DNA of 40,532 nt, taken from Methanomicrobiales archaeon (GTDB lineage: Archaea; Halobacteriota; Methanomicrobia; Methanomicrobiales; Methanospirillaceae). The translations under genes and the position numbers were made by a program. The stretch is from contig JBAXJR010000020.1 of NCBI GenBank assembly GCA_037137755.1, positions 1-40,532 on the forward strand. The letters are read 5' to 3'. How positions within the stretch are numbered: the stretch's first letter is position 1; the number at the start of each line of letters is the position of its first letter. Positions 35,316 through 40,532 of this stretch are shown one piece after another. The notes under the pieces were generated by a model. The model did not search any database. It saw only the letters and a program-made list of their open reading frames with translations, and was not told where the DNA came from.

Positions 35316-35996
35316 ATGCCTGAACCTGAACTCGAACTTTTTGCTATCAGGATTATTGCAGAGAACACCAAAGGTGTACTTCGCGATATTACCACTGTTG
35401 TCGCCCGTCATGATGCAAATATCATGATGATACACCAGGAAGTATTTGAATCGGGGCCGATGAACCATCTCGCAGAGATATATGTCGAGTACCAGGGTGG
35501 ATCTGATTTTGAAGAACTGATTAGTGAACTCGAAAGGATTCCATCGGTGAAAGGAGTTAAGCCCTATAAGCCATTTTCCAACATTTTTGGCACCCGGGTC
35601 ATTATCATCGGAGGCGGGGCCCAGGTGGCCCAGGTCGCACTTGGCGCCGTTAATGAGGCGGACCGTCATAATATCAGGGGGGAACGAATCTCTGTTGATA
35701 CCATCCCGCTTGTAGGAGAACGGACAGTCGCACAGGCAGTGGATGCAGTGGCAAGGCTCCCGCGAGCAGCTATCCTCGTTCTGGCAGGATCATTAATGGG
35801 TGGAGAGATTTCAATCGCGGTAGATCGCGTCCGTGAAGCGGGGATACCGGTTATTGCCCTTAAAATGGCTGGCAGTGTTCCGGAACATGCAGATCTCGTG
35901 GTCACCGACCCGATTCAGGCAGGCGTTTTTGCAGTCATGCACGTCAGCAGTAAGGCAGTATTTGATATCAACAGGGTCCGCGGCAGGGAGTTCTAA
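35316..35996 (+). CDS. ACT-domain protein, DUF5612/COG2150 type
   Basis: N-terminal ACT (ENTKGVLRDI...ANI), then RVIIIGGGAQVAQVA.GAV.EADRHNIRGERISVDTIPLVGE...LAGSLMGG...TDPIQAG. Confidence 0.85.
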   Translation: MPEPELELFAIRIIAENTKGVLRDITTVVARHDANIMMIHQEVFESGPMNHLAEIYVEYQGGSDFEELISELERIPSVKGVKPYKPFSNIFGTRVIIIGGGAQVAQVALGAVNEADRHNIRGERISVDTIPLVGERTVAQAVDAVARLPRAAILVLAGSLMGGEISIAVDRVREAGIPVIALKMAGSVPEHADLVVTDPIQAGVFAVMHVSSKAVFDINRVRGREF

Positions 35997-36572
35997 TTGG
36001 ACATAATTGAAAAGGCCGTAAAAGCCCTCATGACAGACGGATTAGTTGTTTACCCAACCGAAACGATTTACGGTCTTGGTGGTGACGCATTTTCCGAAGA
36101 TGCAATCCTAAAAGTCTATGAGGCAAAAAACCGTCCACTTTCAATGCCATTATCGATTGCCGTTTCAGATTTTGATATGATGGCAGCAGTCACTAAAATC
36201 GGCCAGCGGGAGGAGGAATTCATCAATCGATTTTTACCTGGACCCGTCACCGTCATTGTTAAAGCACGTTCATATGTCCCTGCCATGTTGACGGTAGGGA
36301 CAGGGCTGATCGGGGTGAGATATCCGGCACATCCTGCTGCAATAGACCTTATATCTCGCTTCGATTCTCCTATAACCGCGACAAGTGCAAACCAGTCCGG
36401 TGCAAAAGACCCATTAACCCCGGGTGAATGCCATGTCCCTTATGACATACTAATTGACGGGGGACATCTTCTTGGAACACCGAGCACGGTGGTAGACTTA
36501 GTCAACCGGTGTATCATCCGGGAAGGTGCACTTATCGGAGAGGTCAGGGATTACCTCTCACAAATGGAGTGA
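35997..36572 (+). CDS. tsaC: Threonylcarbamoyl-AMP synthase, single-domain YrdC/TsaC form
   Basis: VVYPTETIYGLG, KNRP (KxR), PGPVT, TSANQSG, PSTVVD. 191 aa with no SUA5 domain; TTG start abuts the upstream TAA. Confidence 0.92.
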   Translation: MDIIEKAVKALMTDGLVVYPTETIYGLGGDAFSEDAILKVYEAKNRPLSMPLSIAVSDFDMMAAVTKIGQREEEFINRFLPGPVTVIVKARSYVPAMLTVGTGLIGVRYPAHPAAIDLISRFDSPITATSANQSGAKDPLTPGECHVPYDILIDGGHLLGTPSTVVDLVNRCIIREGALIGEVRDYLSQME

Positions 36573-37502
36573 GTGAGGATGCTGCCACTCCGACTCCGCG
36601 ACTTCATCGAAGACCATGATGGATGGATATATGCCGTTGCGACCTATGACAATGCAGACCGAATAGGCTGTATTTTACGATATATACCAGATCCACGCGG
36701 CGAAAGGGTTTCGAGGTCGGGTACCCGTTATCGGAAACTTGATTTTGATCCAGCCTTCGAATTGATCAAAGAGAAAAAGCCGCACTATTTCGATATCATT
36801 CACAGGGTTCCCCCAACTGACGTGAAACGGATTTTAAAACCGGAAATTGAATTACCCTCCATTGCATGCAGGGATCACCGTGTGAGAAAACTGATGGATA
36901 TTTTTGGGGTTCCTGCTTCGGTAATGGGCTGTACCGGGTCACTTCTCTGTGGGCTGGAGATAGAATCATCAGATATAGACTTTATTGTATACGGCAGGGA
37001 CTGGTTTTTCGCCCGAGAACGACTAATATCCGCCATACAAACGGGGAAACTTGAACCGATGAGCGAAAGGCTCTGGGAAACAGTTTACAGGAAACGGAGG
37101 CCTGAGATCACCCTTGATGATTTTATTCTTCACGAAAAGCGAAAATGGAACAGGGGTCAGATTGAAGGGACCTATTTTGATCTTCTTTATTCAAGGGGAT
37201 ATGAAGAAATCAAGAAAGTTTCTTCGGTAAAAGGGGAAGTCCTCGGGCCAATGACTATTGAAGCCCTTGTAACCGATGCCACATATGCATATGATAATCC
37301 TGCTGTGTATTCGGTTTCCCATGAGAGAATTTCACAGGTACTATCATTTACCCATACCTACAGCGGACAGGCAATCAGGGGGGAGACTATTAGTGCCCGG
37401 GGGATATGTGAGCGTCACGGGGACGAGTACTGGTTAATCGTCGGTACTACCCGGGAGGCCAGGGGAGAATATATCAAGTCCCTAACCCTGTTAGAGCAAT
37501 AA
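36573..37502 (+). CDS. Pol-beta-superfamily nucleotidyltransferase (COG1665-like)
   Basis: RLRDFI, LRYIPD..GER, GCTGSLLCGL....SDIDFIVYG, HEKRKWNRG, SFTHTYSGQA..GE, VGTTREA.GE. Confidence 0.8.
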   Translation: MRMLPLRLRDFIEDHDGWIYAVATYDNADRIGCILRYIPDPRGERVSRSGTRYRKLDFDPAFELIKEKKPHYFDIIHRVPPTDVKRILKPEIELPSIACRDHRVRKLMDIFGVPASVMGCTGSLLCGLEIESSDIDFIVYGRDWFFARERLISAIQTGKLEPMSERLWETVYRKRRPEITLDDFILHEKRKWNRGQIEGTYFDLLYSRGYEEIKKVSSVKGEVLGPMTIEALVTDATYAYDNPAVYSVSHERISQVLSFTHTYSGQAIRGETISARGICERHGDEYWLIVGTTREARGEYIKSLTLLEQ

Positions 37503-37588
37503 ATATAAGAACTGGCATAACAGGTATCATGCCTCCGTCTGAATGGTACCACTTGAAAATTCAATATTTTTTTACAGGGGTTACCGGG

Positions 37589-38257
37589 TCAGAATAGATC
37601 TGACAGCCGGGTAGGTCCCGGGTCGCATCGCACCTTATACGAGCATCCGTCACACGGGGCATGGAGTGGCTTTTTTGGGACACCACCCGCGTTTAAATTC
37701 ATTAAGACCTTCCTTATTGAATAGAACCTCCTCATATCACGGGGTTGGATTTCACAATAGCGGCTTATTCCACCGGGAATATACTCGATTGAAGCTCCAC
37801 GCAACTCTTTTCCCAACAGTTCCGACAGGCAGAGGGCATAACCCAGCACCCGGATCCGGTCTCCTGAATAAACACCGGAAACAGGAGCTTTTATGGACCT
37901 GATAATTGAAAAATAGGGGGCATCGATAAAAATACGGTCAACTGTCCCGCAGATACCAAAGCGATCAGACTTTACAAAAAGATCATGTTCTGCTGCAACA
38001 CTCCATTCCTGGTTGTTGCATTGATCGATACATGATTCACAGTAACATTTGTAGGCGGGATCTATCCCTGGCGCTACCTTGCAAATTTCATCCCAGACAG
38101 TTTTTTTTTCAATCGGAAATCCAAGGTGATAGGATATTTGCTTACAAATGGTGTATTCCGCTGGTTCTACATATGAGGTTGACCTGTCATAAAAAGCACG
38201 AACCGGGCATCGTGCAGCCGATGAAAGCTCTGATACAGGTAACAACCGGTTATTCAT
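37589..38257 (-). CDS. Solo Cas4/Dna2-like Fe-S protein (PD-(D/E)xK fold), catalytic motif degenerate
   Basis: VSEL...ARCP plus C-terminal CDGCSYKVRC (1+3 Cys), GICGTVDRI. No CRISPR array or other cas genes in the window. Confidence 0.75.
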   Translation of the reverse strand: MNNRLLPVSELSSAARCPVRAFYDRSTSYVEPAEYTICKQISYHLGFPIEKKTVWDEICKVAPGIDPAYKCYCESCIDQCNNQEWSVAAEHDLFVKSDRFGICGTVDRIFIDAPYFSIIRSIKAPVSGVYSGDRIRVLGYALCLSELLGKELRGASIEYIPGGISRYCEIQPRDMRRFYSIRKVLMNLNAGGVPKKPLHAPCDGCSYKVRCDPGPTRLSDLF

Positions 38258-38434
38258 CAGAACCGATCCTGTAGTGGATAAAAACAGGGTGGATCTGATT
38301 CATGCCGTTTCCTCCACCGGATAAAAAAAGCCTTAACCTATCAGAGGTTATCATCATGATAATTTCCCTGGGACTATGCAACGAATTACGGTTGAAAAGG
38401 TAATTAGGGAACCATTTATTTTGCTCGCACCAAC

Positions 38435-39088
38435 TCACCGTTGCACCTCTTCAAGGGATATTCCGAGGTCCGAGAACTGGCGCCTTATTTCTTCAAGTCG
38501 CTCGTTTTTCACGGTCAGTGTATCCCTCATCTCCCTGACTGCTGATGCTATCTCTTCATATTTCCCGGGGTCTAGATTTTCGTTTATTGCGACATGTTCA
38601 AGAATTCGGAGAAGCCGCTTTTGGACATCCGTGGCCCTGCATAGTGTCCTGTACTCCATGAGTGTTTCCGGGGTAGCACCACTCTCTCCAGCAATCTGCA
38701 TATGTGTCTCCATGCGGTCACGGCGCTGGAAAAAACGGTCGATAGCGTCATATAAGGCGCGGCGGGTAATAGGTTTATTAATATAGTCCTCAATGGAAAG
38801 CCCGAATTTTTGAGCTTCGTCGGGACTCAGGGGTTTTGCTGTCAGCATCATGACAGGGATCGATGCAATCTGGGGAGGGCCAGTTTTTATCTGTTCCAGG
38901 GTCTGCCATCCGTCCATGGGTTCCATCATGATATCGAGAAGGATCATGTCAGGCCTTGAATTTTTCAGGATTTCAAGCGCTTCTTCACCTCCTGTGGCTG
39001 AAAGAACACGAAATCCCCCTTGTTCAAGCATATTAGCGAAAATATCAACAATCGACGGGTTATCATCGACAACAAGGACCGTATACAT
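38435..39088 (-). CDS. Response regulator: receiver domain plus helical C-terminal extension
   Basis: VLVVDDN, LLDIMMEPMDG (phospho-Asp), MLTAK, YINKP. Confidence 0.92.
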   Translation of the reverse strand: MYTVLVVDDNPSIVDIFANMLEQGGFRVLSATGGEEALEILKNSRPDMILLDIMMEPMDGWQTLEQIKTGPPQIASIPVMMLTAKPLSPDEAQKFGLSIEDYINKPITRRALYDAIDRFFQRRDRMETHMQIAGESGATPETLMEYRTLCRATDVQKRLLRILEHVAINENLDPGKYEEIASAVREMRDTLTVKNERLEEIRRQFSDLGISLEEVQR

Positions 39089-40059
39089 CAGAATTCCTCT
39101 CCTATTTCTTCAGGCGTTTCAATCCCGGGGAGTTCCCGGATAATTTTTCTTATCTGCCCAAGATTAATCCCGGGACTGGTAAGGATACAGACGTATTCAT
39201 CGTAGTAGGGCGCGATGATAATATTGCCGGAAGGGATCTGGAGGGTCACCTGGATAAACGGCCCGGTCCTCATTACGGAGGATAGTCCTTTTGCGCTGTT
39301 AATCAGGTCCTCAGCAACATCGACGAGGTTATCGGGATCGATGTCTCCAATTGATAAGACATTTATTCCACGCCTGAATATTGTCACAGCCAGGACCCCG
39401 GGAAGGTCAAGTATCTGCCCGAGAATCAGATCCCCTACATCTGTCTTCTTGGTGTCCAGGAGTTTTCCAATGGTATGGAGTGGTACGTGCGGGAAAAGAG
39501 CAGGAGCATTTTCATATTCCTGCGATGATGTCACACTATGGGATAATCCAAGGTACGGGATGGTGTCTTTAACAAATGCAGAATATTCAGTGGACACCAT
39601 TTCATACACGGAAAGACCATCCTCTCCTGCGGAAGGACTGCCCTTGTGGACGCTGGGTTCAGCACTTGTTTCCCCTGATGGAAAATGGTCAGGAGATACA
39701 GGCAGATCCTTCATCAAATCGGTTATCGGTTTTTCCGGAGTTGCGTGGCCTGAAGTCTCTTGCACATCAGAAGCAAGCCCAAGCGCAAGGGTCATTTCTA
39801 ATGCCGTATATTTCCTGAGTTCAAACTGGATTAAAGGCTGGCTCCGGAAATACTCGTAAGCAGTGTGGCCTTTGAGGACATTCTGGCCATGCCTGAAATA
39901 ATACACCAGCGGTTTACCCATATTGATCAGGATAAAACCACGGCTCCCCTGGATCGTCACAAGTACAAGACCGGCAAACCTTGCTGTGTGCGAGAGAATC
40001 CACTGCATTGAGGCCCTCATCTCTCCAATAGATTTCCCTTCCGGCAGATTTTTTATCAT
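39088..40059 (-). CDS. Protein with DUF2226-like N-terminus, low-complexity linker and C-terminal roadblock/LC7 domain
   Basis: GFILINMGKPLVYYF N-terminal module; C-terminal LPGVLAVTIF...AEDL...QVTLQ..SGNIIIAP....CILT....NLGQIR. Confidence 0.65.
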   Translation of the reverse strand: MIKNLPEGKSIGEMRASMQWILSHTARFAGLVLVTIQGSRGFILINMGKPLVYYFRHGQNVLKGHTAYEYFRSQPLIQFELRKYTALEMTLALGLASDVQETSGHATPEKPITDLMKDLPVSPDHFPSGETSAEPSVHKGSPSAGEDGLSVYEMVSTEYSAFVKDTIPYLGLSHSVTSSQEYENAPALFPHVPLHTIGKLLDTKKTDVGDLILGQILDLPGVLAVTIFRRGINVLSIGDIDPDNLVDVAEDLINSAKGLSSVMRTGPFIQVTLQIPSGNIIIAPYYDEYVCILTSPGINLGQIRKIIRELPGIETPEEIGEEF

Positions 40060-40403
40060 AATACCAGGGATAACCTATCTCTGTTCTTTTTCAGTTCCAT
40101 GTTAACCTGGGCAATGTTCGCACTTGGTTTCGCGATTAAAACGATAAATATATGGTCCTTTAATGGTGCTGAAAGGAGGATATGGTCACGAAACTCTATA
40201 AATACCATCGAGAGTGGTTCTTTTCCAAGTTTTGAAGCCATGGATTTCGACTCTTCAAGAACAAAAGATATCACTGCAGCCAGCTGGGCATCATCGAAAT
40301 CTCCGGTTTTCTGGCTTTCCACAACCTCGCCGCTATCACGGATAATTGTCACCGATGAAACGCCTTCAATAATAATAAATTTATTAAGGATATCTTCGAA
40401 CAT
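40056..40403 (-). CDS. Roadblock/LC7 (MglB-like) protein
   Basis: EGVSSVTII..SGEVVES...LAAVIS...MASKLG...LSMVFIEF....LLSAPL....VLIA...ANIAQV. Confidence 0.85.
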   Translation of the reverse strand: MFEDILNKFIIIEGVSSVTIIRDSGEVVESQKTGDFDDAQLAAVISFVLEESKSMASKLGKEPLSMVFIEFRDHILLSAPLKDHIFIVLIAKPSANIAQVNMELKKNRDRLSLVL

Positions 40404-40532
40404 AACCGCTTTTTTAATTATTGTGGTCTCTTCTTTTTATACATATCACCATTGGTATGAAGACCTTGAAATATTGCAGAGGATAGCTCACAACCAGCAA
40501 CAAATTAGATTTTGAATGCCTAACCTGTCCTG

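Noticed and set aside
37589-38257. CRISPR-Cas locus
   Set aside because: No repeat-spacer array and no cas1/cas2 or effector genes anywhere in the window.

Overview
Archaeal methanogen DNA, most consistent with Methanomicrobiales (inferred from gene content, GGTGA/GGAGG Shine-Dalgarno sites, TATA promoters and CCA-less tRNAs). Left 13.7 kb is accessory. It starts with a tightly coupled signalling operon: multi-PAS/GAF histidine kinase, corrinoid (B12)-binding protein, MtaA/UroD-fold protein without the usual Zn-thiol ligands, DUF1638-GAF histidine kinase, and a PAS/PocR kinase lacking its phospho-His. A compact tyrosine-integrase element follows (two small genes, palindrome/iteron-like DNA) next to tRNA-Arg(GCG). 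The rest is mostly core: PolX-PHP, a cis-prenyltransferase pair, a radical SAM gene that probably starts at ATT, a papain-like protease, and a nitrogen cluster (split glutamate synthase plus FrhB-like subunit, glnA, two amt-glnK pairs, NrpR-type operators). A decayed IS110 with a strongly structured, bridge-RNA-like leader interrupts that cluster. The window ends with a pilin, aglJ, tRNA-Gly(CCC), tsaC, a solo Cas4-like gene and a roadblock/response-regulator operon. Best novelty candidates: (1) a corrinoid-methyltransferase-DUF1638 input module wired to histidine kinases, (2) the archaeal IS110 structured RNA, (3) the minimal integrative element. All family calls come from motif recognition by eye; no searches were run.
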